Assembly (NCBI RefSeq): GCF_945915435.1
Contig: NZ_CAMEFG010000017.1
Span: 1,852-65,851, forward strand
Reading direction: 5' to 3'
Length of the DNA: 64,000 bases
From: an uncultured Paracoccus sp.
Lineage (GTDB): Bacteria; Pseudomonadota; Alphaproteobacteria; Rhodobacterales; Rhodobacteraceae
Shown: positions 10,193 through 20,590 of the stretch, piece after piece
How positions within the stretch are numbered: position 1 is the stretch's first letter
How the letters are laid out: each line of letters begins with the position of its first letter
Notes under the pieces: generated by a model
What the model was told of the DNA's origin: nothing
The model's database searches: none
The model's input: the letters and a program-made list of their open reading frames with translations, nothing else
Made by a program: the position numbers and the translations under genes

Positions 10193-10217
10193 TTGCATTA
10201 TTGCAAAACGCTTTTGC
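10193..10217. promoter_or_regulatory. Operator-like region between the LysR gene and mmsA
   Basis: Perfect palindrome GCAAAA-cgc-TTTTGC (10203-10217) overlapping tandem TTGCA-tta-TTGCAA. Confidence 0.5.
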
Positions 10218-10289
10218 CAGACTGTCGGTTTTCTACGCAAGGATGCAAGACTATCTTGCCGTGGAACCTTCATTCCAGACGAGGACAAG

Positions 10290-11789
10290 ATGAACGAACT
10301 TTGCCACTGGATCGACGGGCGCGAGGTCAAGGGCACCTCGGGCCGCTTCACCGAGATCTTCAACCCCGCCACGGGCGAGGTTCAGGCCCGCGTCCCCCTT
10401 GCCACCCCCGCCGAACTGGACGCCGCCATCGCCAGCGCCGCCAGGGCGCAAGAGAAATGGGCCGCCACCAACCCGCAGCGCCGCGCGCGGGTGATGATGA
10501 AATTCGGGGCGCTGATCAACGACAACATGGATGCGCTGGCCGAACTGGTCTCATGCGAACATGGCAAGACCCTGCCCGACGCAAGGGGCGACATCCAGCG
10601 CGGGCTTGAGGTGATCGAGGTCTGCATGGGCGCCCCCAGCCTGCTCAAGGGCGAGTTCACCGACAACGCCGGTCCCGGCATCGACCTTTATGCGATGCGC
10701 CAGCCGCTTGGCGTGGTCGCGGGCATCACGCCCTTCAACTTCCCGGCGATGATCCCGCTGTGGAAGATGGGTCCCGCGCTGGTTTCCGGCAACGCGATGA
10801 TCCTGAAACCGTCCGAGCGCGTGCCCTCGACCTCGCTCATGCTGGCAAAGCTGGCGCAAGAGGCCGGCCTGCCCGACGGCGTGCTGCAAGTCGTCAATGG
10901 CGACAAGGAGGCCGTCGATGCCATCCTCGACCACCCCACGATCCAGGCGGTAGGCTTCGTCGGCTCGACCCCGATTGCGCAATATATCTATAGCCGCGCG
11001 GCAGCCCACGGCAAGCGCGCGCAATGCTTCGGCGGCGCCAAGAATCACATGATCATCATGCCCGACGCCGATCTGGACAAGGCCGCCGACGCGCTGATCG
11101 GTGCAGGTTTCGGCGCGGCGGGCGAACGCTGCATGGCGATCTCGGTCGCGGTGCCAGTGGGCGAGGCTACCGCCGACGCGCTGATCGAACGCCTGGTCCC
11201 CCGGATCGAGAAACTGAAGGTCGCCCCCTATACCGGCGGCGATGACGTCGACTTCGGCCCCGTCATCACCGGCGCCGCCAAACAGCGGATCGAGGGGCTG
11301 ATCGGATCGGGCGTCGAACAAGGCGCCAAGCTGGTCATCGACGGCCGCGGATTGCAGATCCAGGGCTATGAAAACGGCTTCTTCGTCGGCCCGACGCTGT
11401 TCGACGACGTCACCCCGGACATGGACATCTACAAGGAAGAAATCTTCGGCCCCGTCCTGTCGACCGTGCGCGCCCAGAGCTATGACGAGGCCCTGAAACT
11501 GGTCTGCGACAACGAATATGGCAACGGCACGGCCATCTTCACCGCCGACGGCGACACCGCCCGCGACTTCGCCAGCCGCGTGAACGTCGGCATGGTGGGC
11601 ATCAACTTCCCGATCCCGGTCCCGCTGAGCTACTACAGCTTCGGCGGCTGGAAACGCTCGGCCTTCGGGGATCTCAACCAATACGGTCCCGACGCCTTCC
11701 GCTTCTACACCAAGACCAAGACCGTTACCTCCCGCTGGTTCTCGGGCATCAGGGAAGGCGCCAGCCTCAACTTCAAGGCGATGGACTGA
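10290..11789 (+). CDS. mmsA: CoA-acylating methylmalonate-semialdehyde dehydrogenase
   Basis: GITPFNFPAMIPLW, GAKNH, GAAGERCMA, EEIFGPV, SFGGWKRS. Confidence 0.94.
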   Translation: MNELCHWIDGREVKGTSGRFTEIFNPATGEVQARVPLATPAELDAAIASAARAQEKWAATNPQRRARVMMKFGALINDNMDALAELVSCEHGKTLPDARGDIQRGLEVIEVCMGAPSLLKGEFTDNAGPGIDLYAMRQPLGVVAGITPFNFPAMIPLWKMGPALVSGNAMILKPSERVPSTSLMLAKLAQEAGLPDGVLQVVNGDKEAVDAILDHPTIQAVGFVGSTPIAQYIYSRAAAHGKRAQCFGGAKNHMIIMPDADLDKAADALIGAGFGAAGERCMAISVAVPVGEATADALIERLVPRIEKLKVAPYTGGDDVDFGPVITGAAKQRIEGLIGSGVEQGAKLVIDGRGLQIQGYENGFFVGPTLFDDVTPDMDIYKEEIFGPVLSTVRAQSYDEALKLVCDNEYGNGTAIFTADGDTARDFASRVNVGMVGINFPIPVPLSYYSFGGWKRSAFGDLNQYGPDAFRFYTKTKTVTSRWFSGIREGASLNFKAMD

Positions 11790-11794
11790 TTGCG

Positions 11795-11855
11795 GCGCCG
11801 CATGGGTATTTGGGTGATAGAGAAAACATTTTCTTCATCACTTAAATACCCATGC
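11795..11855. repeat. Dispersed imperfect palindrome (REP/REPIN-like), copy 1
   Basis: gcgccGCATGGGTATTTggGTGATAGAGAAAAcaTTTTCTTCATCACttAAATACCCATGC; second copy at 22636-22693. Confidence 0.85.
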
Positions 11856-11887
11856 CAGGCAAGCAGCCAGGCGCAGGGCGGCAGACA

Positions 11888-11920
11888 GGGGATCGGCACG
11901 GCTGCCGGTCCCCTTTTTTT
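11888..11920 (+). terminator. Rho-independent terminator after mmsA
   Basis: GGGGATCGGCA-cggc-TGCCGGTCCCC followed by T7. Confidence 0.85.
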
Positions 11921-12062
11921 GGCGCGGGGAATGGGGTCGGGCCAAGCTGTGCCTGATTTGCAACTCTACGGTGAAACCATCCGAAAATTCGGAAACCCCG
12001 CACTGGCGCTGGCGTTGGGCGACGGACAGCGCATCAGGCTTGGATGAAATTCGGTTACAGGG

Positions 12063-12536
12063 ATGTCAAAGCTCAGGATCATTGCAGCCGTTGGCCTGAC
12101 AGCTACGTTCTTGCTGCCGGTTCTGGGTTTCGTAAGCAGCCAGTTCCCGGCCCGGTCCGGCGAGACGGCAGCGCAGGAAACCGTGACCCCGAACATCCCC
12201 GGCCGATCGGCACGGCATCTGGGGATGGCGCATGAGGCTGGCGACTGTCCGGCCAATATGCGGATCGGCGGCGAAGGTTGCCTGCTGTTCGTTGCCGCAG
12301 GGACCCAAGCGATCAGCAGGCCCATCCAGGTTGCAGACACGGGCCATCAACTGCGGGTCGGGGAGATGATCGCCCCCGGCGAATTCCACCCGATCAACCG
12401 TCCCGGGCTTTACGGCCTGGCCCCCGCGCCGCATGGTCAAGGCTTCGGAATCGTCGAGGGCAAGCTGTTTCGTTATGATGCCCAATCCATGCAGGTGATG
12501 TCGGTGATCCGGCAAATCGATCACGTATTGGACTGA
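12063..12536 (+). CDS. Hypothetical exported protein with a possible RcnB-like C-terminal domain
   Basis: Signal-peptide-like N-terminus, Cys pair, INRPGLYGLAPAP...IVEGKLFRYD segment. Confidence 0.55.
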   Translation: MSKLRIIAAVGLTATFLLPVLGFVSSQFPARSGETAAQETVTPNIPGRSARHLGMAHEAGDCPANMRIGGEGCLLFVAAGTQAISRPIQVADTGHQLRVGEMIAPGEFHPINRPGLYGLAPAPHGQGFGIVEGKLFRYDAQSMQVMSVIRQIDHVLD

Positions 12537-12540
12537 ATTT

Positions 12541-14184
12541 TCAGCCTTTCAGCAGGGCCTTGGCGGCGGCGCGGGCGGCGGGGGTGACCTCTTCCCCCGC
12601 GAGCATCCGGGCCAGTTCATCCACCCGTTCATCGCGGGTCAGGCTTGTCACGGTCGAGGTCGTCATCCCGTCCGCCACCGATTTCGCGACGCGGAAATGC
12701 TGGCTGGCCAAGGCCGCCACCTGGGGCGAGTGAGTCACGACCAGCACCTGCGCGCCATCGGCCAGCCGGGCAAGGCGGCGCCCCACGGCGTCCGCGGTGG
12801 CACCGCCCACGCCCCGGTCGATTTCGTCGAAGATCATCACCAGCGCATCATTGCCGCGCGCAAGGCAAACCTTCAGCGCCAGCAGAAAACGCGACAATTC
12901 CCCCCCCGAGGCGATGCGGTCCAGCGGTCCCGAGGGCGCGCCAGGGTTGGTCGCGACGGTAAAGGCGACATTATCACGCCCCTCGGGTCCCGGCTCGCCC
13001 GGCGACAGGCGGGTTTCAAAGACCGCGCGTTCCATCTTGAGCGGAACAAGTTCGGCTGCCATCGCGGCATCGAGCCGCTCGGCAGCCGCCGCCCGTTCGG
13101 CGGCCAGCGCATCGGCGGCAAGCGCATAAGCGGCTTCCGCCTGCGCCAACGCATCCGAAAGGCTGGCGAGTTCGCTTTCGCCCGCATCCAAGGCGCCGAG
13201 CCGTTGGCGAAGATCATCCGCGAGGCTGGCCAGGTCGTCGGGCAGGACGTCATGCTTGCGGGCAAGGGCGCGCAGGGCGAACAGCCGTTCCTCGGTCTGT
13301 TCCAGGTCGTGGGGGTCGAAGGACATGCCGTCCAGCGCGGTTTCGACGCCGGAAAACACCTCGCCCAATTCGATCAGGGCGCGTTGCAGCGCGGACAGGG
13401 GGGCGTCCAGCGCGCCCTCGGCCCGGTCGGCGGCGCCTTCCAGCCAGCGGTTGGCGTCCAGCATCGCGCCCTCGGCGCCTTCGGGACCAAGGGCTTGCAG
13501 GGCGCGGGCGACATCGGCGCGGATTTTCTCGGCGGCCTGCATGGCACGGCGGCGGGTGTCGAGCTCAGCCTCTTCGCCGGGCTGGGGATCAAGCTTGTCC
13601 AGTTCCGCGTCGGCATGGCGAAGGAACTCCTCTTCGGCGCGGGCGGCGGCCAGACGGGCCTCGGCGGCTTGCAGCGCCTGCGCAGCCTCGCGCCGCCGTC
13701 CCCATGCGGCGCGGGTGGGGGCAGTCTCGATCCCGGCGAAAGCATCCAGCAACAGCCGGTGGCCGCGCGGGTTCAGCAGCCCGCGGTCGTCGTGCTGCCC
13801 GTGCAGTTCGACCAGCGTTTCCGACAGGTTGCGCAGAACCTCGCCCGAGGCGCGGCGGTCATTGATCCAGCCGGTCTTGCGGCCTTCCGCGTTGTTAACG
13901 CGGCGCAGGATCAGCTCATCCTCGACCGGGATGCCGGCATCGGACAGGACCGCGCGCGCGGGGTGATCGGGGGGCAGGTCGAACACGGCGGTCACCTCGG
14001 CCTGCGTCGCGCCCTGCCGGACAAGATCGGCGCGGCCACGCCAGCCAAGGACGAAACCCAGGCAATCCAGCAGGATCGACTTGCCCGCGCCGGTTTCGCC
14101 CGTCAGCACGTTCAGGCCGGGGTGAAACTCAAGCGCCAGCCGGTCGATCAGCAGGACGTCGCGAATGTCGAGATGCCGCAGCAT
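12541..14184 (-). CDS. recN: DNA repair protein RecN
   Basis: LTGETGAGKS, ASGGELSR, IFDEIDRGVGG, VTHSPQVA. Confidence 0.97.
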   Translation of the reverse strand: MLRHLDIRDVLLIDRLALEFHPGLNVLTGETGAGKSILLDCLGFVLGWRGRADLVRQGATQAEVTAVFDLPPDHPARAVLSDAGIPVEDELILRRVNNAEGRKTGWINDRRASGEVLRNLSETLVELHGQHDDRGLLNPRGHRLLLDAFAGIETAPTRAAWGRRREAAQALQAAEARLAAARAEEEFLRHADAELDKLDPQPGEEAELDTRRRAMQAAEKIRADVARALQALGPEGAEGAMLDANRWLEGAADRAEGALDAPLSALQRALIELGEVFSGVETALDGMSFDPHDLEQTEERLFALRALARKHDVLPDDLASLADDLRQRLGALDAGESELASLSDALAQAEAAYALAADALAAERAAAAERLDAAMAAELVPLKMERAVFETRLSPGEPGPEGRDNVAFTVATNPGAPSGPLDRIASGGELSRFLLALKVCLARGNDALVMIFDEIDRGVGGATADAVGRRLARLADGAQVLVVTHSPQVAALASQHFRVAKSVADGMTTSTVTSLTRDERVDELARMLAGEEVTPAARAAAKALLKG

Positions 14185-14190
14185 CGCGGC

Positions 14191-15042
14191 CTACAGCCAT
14201 CTGCCCTGAATGACCTGACGATAGACATTCGTCAGCCAACTGTCGCCCCGCGCCTCGGGCTGCAAGCCGCGTCCGCGAAGCTGCGCGAATGCGTCCTGAT
14301 AGAAGGGCGAGGACTGGAAGTTGTGGCCCAGGATCGCGCCGGCGGTCTGCGCCTCGTCGGTCAGGCCAAGGGACAGGTAGGCCTCGGTCAGGCGCATCAG
14401 GGCCTCGGGCGTGTGGGTGGTGGTCTGGAAATCCTCGACCACGACGCGGAAGCGGTTGATCGCGGCGGAATGGTGCCCGCGCTTGAGGTAATAGCGCCCG
14501 ATCTCCATCTCCTTGGCGGCAAGGTGATCGAAAGCCAGGTCGAACTTGAGAATGGCCGAACGCGCATATTCGCTGTCGGGATATTCCTCGATCACCTCGC
14601 GCAGCGATTGCAGCGCCTGGAACGTCAGGCCCTGGTCGCGGCCCACGTCGTCGATCTGGTCGTAATAGCTGAGCGCGAGCAGATATTTCGCATAGGCCGC
14701 GTCTTGGTCGCCCGGATAGGTGTCGATGAAACGCTGCGCGGCGCCGCGCGCCTCTTCGTAATCGCGCGCCTTGTGGTGGCTGTAGGCCTGCATCACCAGC
14801 GCCCGCTTGGCCCATTCGGAATAGGGATAGAGCCGCTCGACCTCGCTGAAGTAGCGCACGGCGTCGCGCGGACGGGTGTTGTTTTCCAGCTCATATTCGC
14901 CGCGCTTATAGATTTCCTCGGCGGTGAAGTTCTCAAGCGATTCGTTGCTGTCGTTGCCACGGCCAAGGCCGCCGCAGCCAGACAACAGGCTTACCGAAAG
15001 CGCCAATGCCACGAGGGAACCCGCCGTTCTCATGCCCGCCAT
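14191..15042 (-). CDS. bamD: Outer membrane assembly lipoprotein BamD
   Basis: Lipobox LLSGC, TPR repeats, RDQGLT, AAINRF; lpxC-bamD-recN synteny. Confidence 0.93.
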   Translation of the reverse strand: MAGMRTAGSLVALALSVSLLSGCGGLGRGNDSNESLENFTAEEIYKRGEYELENNTRPRDAVRYFSEVERLYPYSEWAKRALVMQAYSHHKARDYEEARGAAQRFIDTYPGDQDAAYAKYLLALSYYDQIDDVGRDQGLTFQALQSLREVIEEYPDSEYARSAILKFDLAFDHLAAKEMEIGRYYLKRGHHSAAINRFRVVVEDFQTTTHTPEALMRLTEAYLSLGLTDEAQTAGAILGHNFQSSPFYQDAFAQLRGRGLQPEARGDSWLTNVYRQVIQGRWL

Positions 15043-15179
15043 TCATTACCTGCCTGTCCGATTCCATTCATATGCTGAGGCCGGTAGGCGGCACAGCGAC
15101 GACCTGTTAGCACAGAAAAACCGGCGGCGCAAAATGGCAAAGCATTCAACGGCTCGTGATTTGCGGACACGGCTGGCCG

Positions 15180-16118
15180 TCAGGCGACGGCCAGTTGGTT
15201 CGTCCGGGTGATCTTGTGGAAAACGCCCGCGCCGGGCATGCGCTGTTCCAACCCGCGAGAGCAGGTTTCCCAACGCCAGGCGTCGGAATCGGCGAACAGC
15301 GCGCGCAGCAGGCGGTTGGTCATCGCATGGCCCGCGCGGTGGCCGGTGTAACGTGCCAGCAGGGGTGCGCCGGCCAGCGCCAGGTCACCCATCGCGTCCA
15401 GCATCTTGTGGCGCACCGCTTCGTCCTGGTGGCGCAGCCCGCCGGGCGACAGCACCTTGTCGCCATCGACCACGACGGCGTTCAGGAACGAGCCGCCAAG
15501 GGCAAGGCCGGATTTCTGCATCGCCTCGACATCCGACAGGCGGCAGAAGGTGCGGCTGTCCATCAATTCGCGCACGAAGGCACCGTTGGCCATGTCCAGC
15601 CGCTTTTCCTGATGCCCGATCGCGGCATCGGCAAAGTCGATGTCGAAATGGATCTCCAGATGGTCGGCGGGGGTCAGGCGGGCAAAGCTTTCGCCCTGGC
15701 GCACCTCGACCGGCTTGAGAACGCGCAGGACGCGCAGCGCCGCTTCGGGCTGCGGGCGCAGGCCAGCCTCGATGATACCGGCGACGAAGGGGGCCGAGGA
15801 ACCGTCGAGGATCGGGATTTCCGGCCCGTTCACCTCGATCACCGCATTGGTGATGCCAAGCCCGGCCAGCGCCGCCATCACATGTTCCACCGTCGAGACG
15901 CTGGCGCCTTCGCCGTTTTCCAGCAAGGTGCAAAGCTGCGAGGGCGTGACCCGGTCCCAGCGGGCCGGGATCAGCGCGCCGTCAAGATCGCTGCGGCGAA
16001 AGACGATGCCGTGATTGACGGGGGCGGGCAGGATGGACAGGCGGACAGCCGCACCCGAGTGCAATCCGACGCCACGAAACTGGGCCTTATGCGCAATGGT
16101 ATACTGCATGACTGTCAT
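15180..16118 (-). CDS. lpxC: UDP-3-O-acyl-GlcNAc deacetylase
   Basis: GVGLHSG, TVEHVMAAL, RHKMLDAMGDL. Confidence 0.96.
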   Translation of the reverse strand: MTVMQYTIAHKAQFRGVGLHSGAAVRLSILPAPVNHGIVFRRSDLDGALIPARWDRVTPSQLCTLLENGEGASVSTVEHVMAALAGLGITNAVIEVNGPEIPILDGSSAPFVAGIIEAGLRPQPEAALRVLRVLKPVEVRQGESFARLTPADHLEIHFDIDFADAAIGHQEKRLDMANGAFVRELMDSRTFCRLSDVEAMQKSGLALGGSFLNAVVVDGDKVLSPGGLRHQDEAVRHKMLDAMGDLALAGAPLLARYTGHRAGHAMTNRLLRALFADSDAWRWETCSRGLEQRMPGAGVFHKITRTNQLAVA

Positions 16119-16315
16119 CCGTTTCTTGCTCTTGCGGCCTGTATGAAGCCTGCCTCTTGATCTTGCAGGCGGGCGCCGGGGAATCGGTCGCCTTGCCCTG
16201 CATTCCAGTTAGGCACGACCGGCGCGGCGCTCAATTAACGAATTGTGTCGCTTTGAAACATTCCCGCCGGGTTTCGCAACAATATGGGAAAATCGGCGGC
16301 AACCCCCTGAAACGG

Positions 16316-16344
16316 AATAAAAAAGAGGCCCTGAACGGGCCTCT
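16316..16344 (-). terminator. Rho-independent terminator after ftsZ
   Basis: AGAGGCCC-gttca-GGGCCTCT followed by TTTTTATT on the minus strand. Confidence 0.75.
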
Positions 16345-16379
16345 GTCCTGCTCGACAGGTTTCAGTTTTGTGACCGCGC

Positions 16380-17987
16380 CTAATTGGCCTGGCGGCGCAG
16401 GAAGGCGGGGATTTCGCTCCGCTCATCGTTGCTGTCGGGGCTTGCCAGATCCTCGAAACCGGCATCAAAGCCACTACGCTGGCGGCTTGCCACCCGTTCC
16501 GACACCCGTTCGGCGATGGAACTGGCCGCCGGTTTCTGCTCGGACGAGCTGCCGCCCGCCATGCGTTCGATCATGCGGCCAAGGCCCGCCATGCGGCCAG
16601 CGGCACCACCACCACGTTGGGGCTGCGCCGGCTGCGGCGCGGGTTGCTGGGCCTGTTGCGGCTGCTGGCGCGGGCGCGTCGGATCGTTGCGGACGGCATT
16701 GTCCAGACGGTCCAGCACCTGGCGCGAGGGCTGGCCGGGCTGCGGACGCTGCGGCGCGGTGAAATCGGCTGCATCGGCGACCAGCGGGTCGATGGCCGTG
16801 CCGCGCGGGGCCGGATTGTAGGCCGGGGGCGGCAGGTCGTCGGCAGCCTCGGCGCGCGGCGCGGGGGCCGGATCGTGCGAAGCCTCGGCGGTCAGCGGCG
16901 CGCTGCGGCGCGGAGGCGGCAGGTCGTCGTCCTGCCGGGTCGGGGTCGCCTGCTGCGTGATCGGCGGGGTCTGGGTCAGCGGCTCGCGCAGGCCGCGGCG
17001 CGGCAGGTCGGCCTCGGCAGCCGCTGCGTCGATCCCGGTCGCGACGACCGAAACGCGGATCGTGCCTTCCATGTCCGGGTCCAGCGTCGAGCCGACGATG
17101 ATATTGGCATCGGCATCCACCTTTTCGCGGACCTTCTCGGCCGCCTCGTCCATTTCGAACAGGGTCAGGTCGTAGCCGCCGGTGATGTTGATCAGCACGC
17201 CCTTGGCGCCGTGCAGGCTGATTTCGTCCAGAAGCGGATTGGCGATGGCCTTCTCGGCGGCCTGGATCGCGCGGTTCTCGCCCGAGGCTTCGCCCGCGCC
17301 CATCATCGCCTTGCCCATTTCGTCCATCACGGCGCGGACATCCGCGAAGTCCAGGTTGATCAGGCCGGGGCGGACCATCAGGTCGGTCACGCCCTTGACC
17401 CCCTGATACAGCACGTCGTCGGCCATCTGGAAGGCTTCGGTGAAGGTGGTCTTTTCGTTGGCCAGGCGGAACAGGTTCTGGTTGGGGATGACGATCAGCG
17501 TATCGACGACCCGTTGCAGCACCTCGATGCCTTCGTCGGCCTGGCGCATGCGCTTGGTGCCTTCGAACTGGAAGGGTTTGGTGACGACGCCGACGGTCAG
17601 GATGCCCATCTCACGCGCGGCCTGCGCGATGATCGGCGCGGCGCCGGTGCCGGTGCCGCCGCCCATCCCGGCGGTGATGAAGCACATATGCGCGCCCATC
17701 AGGTGATCGACGATATCCTCGATCGTTTCCTCGGCGGCCTTGGCCCCGATCGAGGGCTTGGCGCCTGCGCCCAGCCCCTCGGTCACGGTCGGCCCAAGCT
17801 GGACGCGCTGCGTCGAACTGGACTGTGCCAGCGCCTGCGCGTCGGTGTTGGCAACGACGAACTCGACCCCTTCGAGATGCTTCTCGATCATGTTGTTGAC
17901 CGCGTTGCCACCGGCCCCGCCGACACCGAAAACGGTGATGCGCGGCCTAAGTTCCTGCTCGTCATTCAGCATCAGATTGAGACTCAT
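16380..17987 (-). CDS. ftsZ: Cell division protein FtsZ with long linker
   Basis: [17 protein letters not shown]-terminal [11 protein letters not shown]. Confidence 0.98.
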   Translation of the reverse strand: MSLNLMLNDEQELRPRITVFGVGGAGGNAVNNMIEKHLEGVEFVVANTDAQALAQSSSTQRVQLGPTVTEGLGAGAKPSIGAKAAEETIEDIVDHLMGAHMCFITAGMGGGTGTGAAPIIAQAAREMGILTVGVVTKPFQFEGTKRMRQADEGIEVLQRVVDTLIVIPNQNLFRLANEKTTFTEAFQMADDVLYQGVKGVTDLMVRPGLINLDFADVRAVMDEMGKAMMGAGEASGENRAIQAAEKAIANPLLDEISLHGAKGVLINITGGYDLTLFEMDEAAEKVREKVDADANIIVGSTLDPDMEGTIRVSVVATGIDAAAAEADLPRRGLREPLTQTPPITQQATPTRQDDDLPPPRRSAPLTAEASHDPAPAPRAEAADDLPPPAYNPAPRGTAIDPLVADAADFTAPQRPQPGQPSRQVLDRLDNAVRNDPTRPRQQPQQAQQPAPQPAQPQRGGGAAGRMAGLGRMIERMAGGSSSEQKPAASSIAERVSERVASRQRSGFDAGFEDLASPDSNDERSEIPAFLRRQAN

Positions 17988-18219
17988 TGCTCGTGTGCCC
18001 TCGTATGCCTTTGTCTGCTCCACCGGGTGCCAGAGGCCCCGGACGAATCCCCCGTATTCCGTCCAACCTAACCGATCCGACGACCAAACGTCACCCGAAA
18101 AACACGGTTCAGCCACAAAATATTGCGTGTGGGCCGGGTCGTTTCGGCGGTATGTTGCCCATAGCCCCCTATATGGTGGGGCAAGCCCGCACCATGTCAC
18201 GAGGCAGGTTCCGGCGTAA

Positions 18220-19554
18220 CTACCAGTTCTTGCGGAACCATTCATAGGCCCGGCGCAGGCTGCGCGCCGGATAGCGTTCGGCGGGCATCTCGAAGTCCCA
18301 CCATTCGTCTTGCGGATGCGCGCTCAGCAGCGCCAGCCCGATGGCGCTGGCAAAGCCCGGCGCGGTCGCCGAATGGGCCAGCCCCTGCACCCGCAGCGGG
18401 CGCCCGATGCGCACGTTCTGGCCCAGCATCCGCGCGGCCAGCGTGTCCAGCCCCGGAATCTGGCTGCCGCCGCCGGTCAGCACGATCTGGCGGCTTGGCA
18501 GGTAGTCGAAGCCGGCCGCATCCAGGATGCCGCGCACCTCTTCCAGGATTTCCTCGACGCGGGGGCGCATGATGCCGATCAGGTCGGCGCGGCTGACGCT
18601 GCGGCGATCGGTTTCCCAATCGCCGGTGTCGCCGCCAAGCTCGATCAGCTCGCGGTCGTCGCGCCCGGTGGCCTCAAGCCCGCCGTGCAGGGTCTTGATC
18701 CGCTCGGCGACGGCGTGGCTGGTGCGCAGGCCCTTGGCGATGTCGGTCGTGATCGTGTCGCCGCCAAGCCGGACCGCGTCGGCAAAGATCATGTGCTTGC
18801 GGATGAAGATCGACACCCCCGTCACGCCGCCGCCAAGATCGATGCAGGCCGAACCCAGTTCCTGCTCGTCCTCGACCAGCGAGGCAAGCCCGCTGACATA
18901 GGAGGCCGAGGCGACCCCGGCCAGTTCCAGGTCGCAGCGCCGGATGCAGCTGACCAGGTTGCCCGCCGCATCGCCGTCAATGGTCAGCACATGCATGTCG
19001 CAGGCCAGCCGGTTGCCCGAATGCTCGCGCGGGTCCATCAGCCCGGAACGGTTGTCTACCGCGAAATTCACCGGCTGCGCATGCAGCACCTCGCGACCGC
19101 GCCCGAAATCGGGAACGTCGCAGGACGCCAGCACGCGGGCCACGTCCTCCTCGGTGACCCTGCCCGCTTCCAGCGCGATCTCGCCCGCCAGCCCGTAGGA
19201 CGCGGGCCGCGCGCCCGAGATGCAGGCGATGACGTGATCGACCCGCACCCCGGCGATCTTCTGCGCGGACTGGACGACGGTGCGGATGGCGCGCTCGGTC
19301 TCGGGCATGGTCTCGATCTCGCCATAGCGCACCCCGCGCGAGCGGGTGGTCGCCGCGCCGATCACGCGGAAATTCGACTGCCCCGCCATCGGCCCGACGC
19401 CGTCGGTTTCGCGAAACACCCCCGGCCCGTCGAATTGCAGGATCAGGCAGGCGATCTTGGACGTGCCGATGTCCAGAACCGCGATCACGCCCCGCTGCAT
19501 CGCCTGGCGGCGCATGTTCCGCATGGCGCGCTGGCCTTGGTAAAGATCCCTCAT
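18220..19554 (-). CDS. ftsA: Cell division protein FtsA
   Basis: [22 protein letters not shown]. Confidence 0.96.
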   Translation of the reverse strand: MRDLYQGQRAMRNMRRQAMQRGVIAVLDIGTSKIACLILQFDGPGVFRETDGVGPMAGQSNFRVIGAATTRSRGVRYGEIETMPETERAIRTVVQSAQKIAGVRVDHVIACISGARPASYGLAGEIALEAGRVTEEDVARVLASCDVPDFGRGREVLHAQPVNFAVDNRSGLMDPREHSGNRLACDMHVLTIDGDAAGNLVSCIRRCDLELAGVASASYVSGLASLVEDEQELGSACIDLGGGVTGVSIFIRKHMIFADAVRLGGDTITTDIAKGLRTSHAVAERIKTLHGGLEATGRDDRELIELGGDTGDWETDRRSVSRADLIGIMRPRVEEILEEVRGILDAAGFDYLPSRQIVLTGGGSQIPGLDTLAARMLGQNVRIGRPLRVQGLAHSATAPGFASAIGLALLSAHPQDEWWDFEMPAERYPARSLRRAYEWFRKNW

Positions 19555-19579
19555 GTCTGCCCCCGAACGTCTTTTCTGC

Positions 19580-20590
19580 TTATCCGTTGTTTCTTGCCGT
19601 TGCCGCCGCCTGCTGGATGGGCGCGCCATCCGGTCCCAGTTCCGGCTGGCCGCGCACCCGGCGGATCGCGTTCTGCGCGTCGATGCCAAGCCGCACCCGC
19701 GCCTGATCGGATTGCCGCAGATCGACGATGCGCACGTCGCGCCCCAGAACGTCGTTGATCCGATCCTTGGCCAGGATGCGTTCAAGCGCGGGCAAGGGAT
19801 TTTCGGCGGGCAGCATGATACGCTGGCCGCGATCCAGCACCAGGTCCCAACGCCGTTCGCCCACGCGCACCAGCCCCCGCACGCGCGGCAGGACCGGCCC
19901 CGCCGCGTCGATCAGCAGCAGCGCCTCGGGCGCGGCGCGGTCGGCACCCTCGCCCGAGATGATGGGCAGGTCGGGCCGCACATCGCGCGACGTGGCCGAG
20001 GCGACGCGGTGCCCCGTCTTGTCCAGCAACTCGACCCCGCGCGCATGGCGCCACAGTACCACCGGCACCCGCTCGGTCACCACCGCCGACAGGATGCCGC
20101 CGGGACGGATGCGCAACTCGACCGATTCGACCGCATCCAGCCGCAGCAGGCGCGCGCGCAACTCCTCAAGGTCGATGTCGAAGCTGGAAGCGGGCAGGCT
20201 GACCGGCAGCATCGCCCGCAAGCCGCGATCGACGGCGGGCGAGGCGCCCTCGATCGTCATCATGCGCACCATGAATTCGTCGCGGTTCTGGATGCTTTCG
20301 ATCAACCCGGTCAACCCGCCCGAGATCTGGGCGCGCCGGGTCTCGTCCGACAGCCAGATCCCGGCGGTCAGCGCGATCAGGAAGGCAGGCAGCCCCACGC
20401 GGGTCAGCTTGCGGATGATGGGCGTCAGCCACAGCCGATGCAGGCGATAGGCCAGCCGCGAGGGCGCCGGATCGCGCGGTGCCGCGCGGCGCTGAGGCGG
20501 CGGCGCGGGACGCGCAGGGGCCACGCGCGAAGGCGGCTCGTGCCGGACCCAGCCTTGCGGCTCATGGCGTTCGGGGGTCAGGCCGTGCAT
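19580..20590 (-). CDS. ftsQ: Cell division protein FtsQ
   Basis: TM plus POTRA domain, ERRWDL, VDLR; lies between ddl and ftsA. Confidence 0.9.
   Translation of the reverse strand: MHGLTPERHEPQGWVRHEPPSRVAPARPAPPPQRRAAPRDPAPSRLAYRLHRLWLTPIIRKLTRVGLPAFLIALTAGIWLSDETRRAQISGGLTGLIESIQNRDEFMVRMMTIEGASPAVDRGLRAMLPVSLPASSFDIDLEELRARLLRLDAVESVELRIRPGGILSAVVTERVPVVLWRHARGVELLDKTGHRVASATSRDVRPDLPIISGEGADRAAPEALLLIDAAGPVLPRVRGLVRVGERRWDLVLDRGQRIMLPAENPLPALERILAKDRINDVLGRDVRIVDLRQSDQARVRLGIDAQNAIRRVRGQPELGPDGAPIQQAAATARNNG

Noticed and set aside
9390-10289. Apparent N-terminal extension of mmsA (799-aa ORF); similar extensions on murG, metA, GST and nuoJ
   Set aside because: The ORF caller took the most upstream start; these regions overlap neighbouring real genes and are not fusions.
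12697-15078. 793-aa plus-strand ORF, and similar long antisense ORFs at 40347-42437, 54891-57257 and 60945-63095
   Set aside because: Antisense to well-supported recN/bamD, rsh, nuoL and nuoG; stop-poor reverse frames are typical of GC-rich genes.
16233-16246. Possible CtrA box upstream of lpxC (CAATTAACGAATTG region)
   Set aside because: Only one TTAA half-site; does not match TTAA-N7-TTAA.
16450-17020. Pro/Gln/Ala-rich low-complexity stretch in ftsZ
   Set aside because: The long disordered linker is a known feature of alphaproteobacterial FtsZ, not a repeat element.
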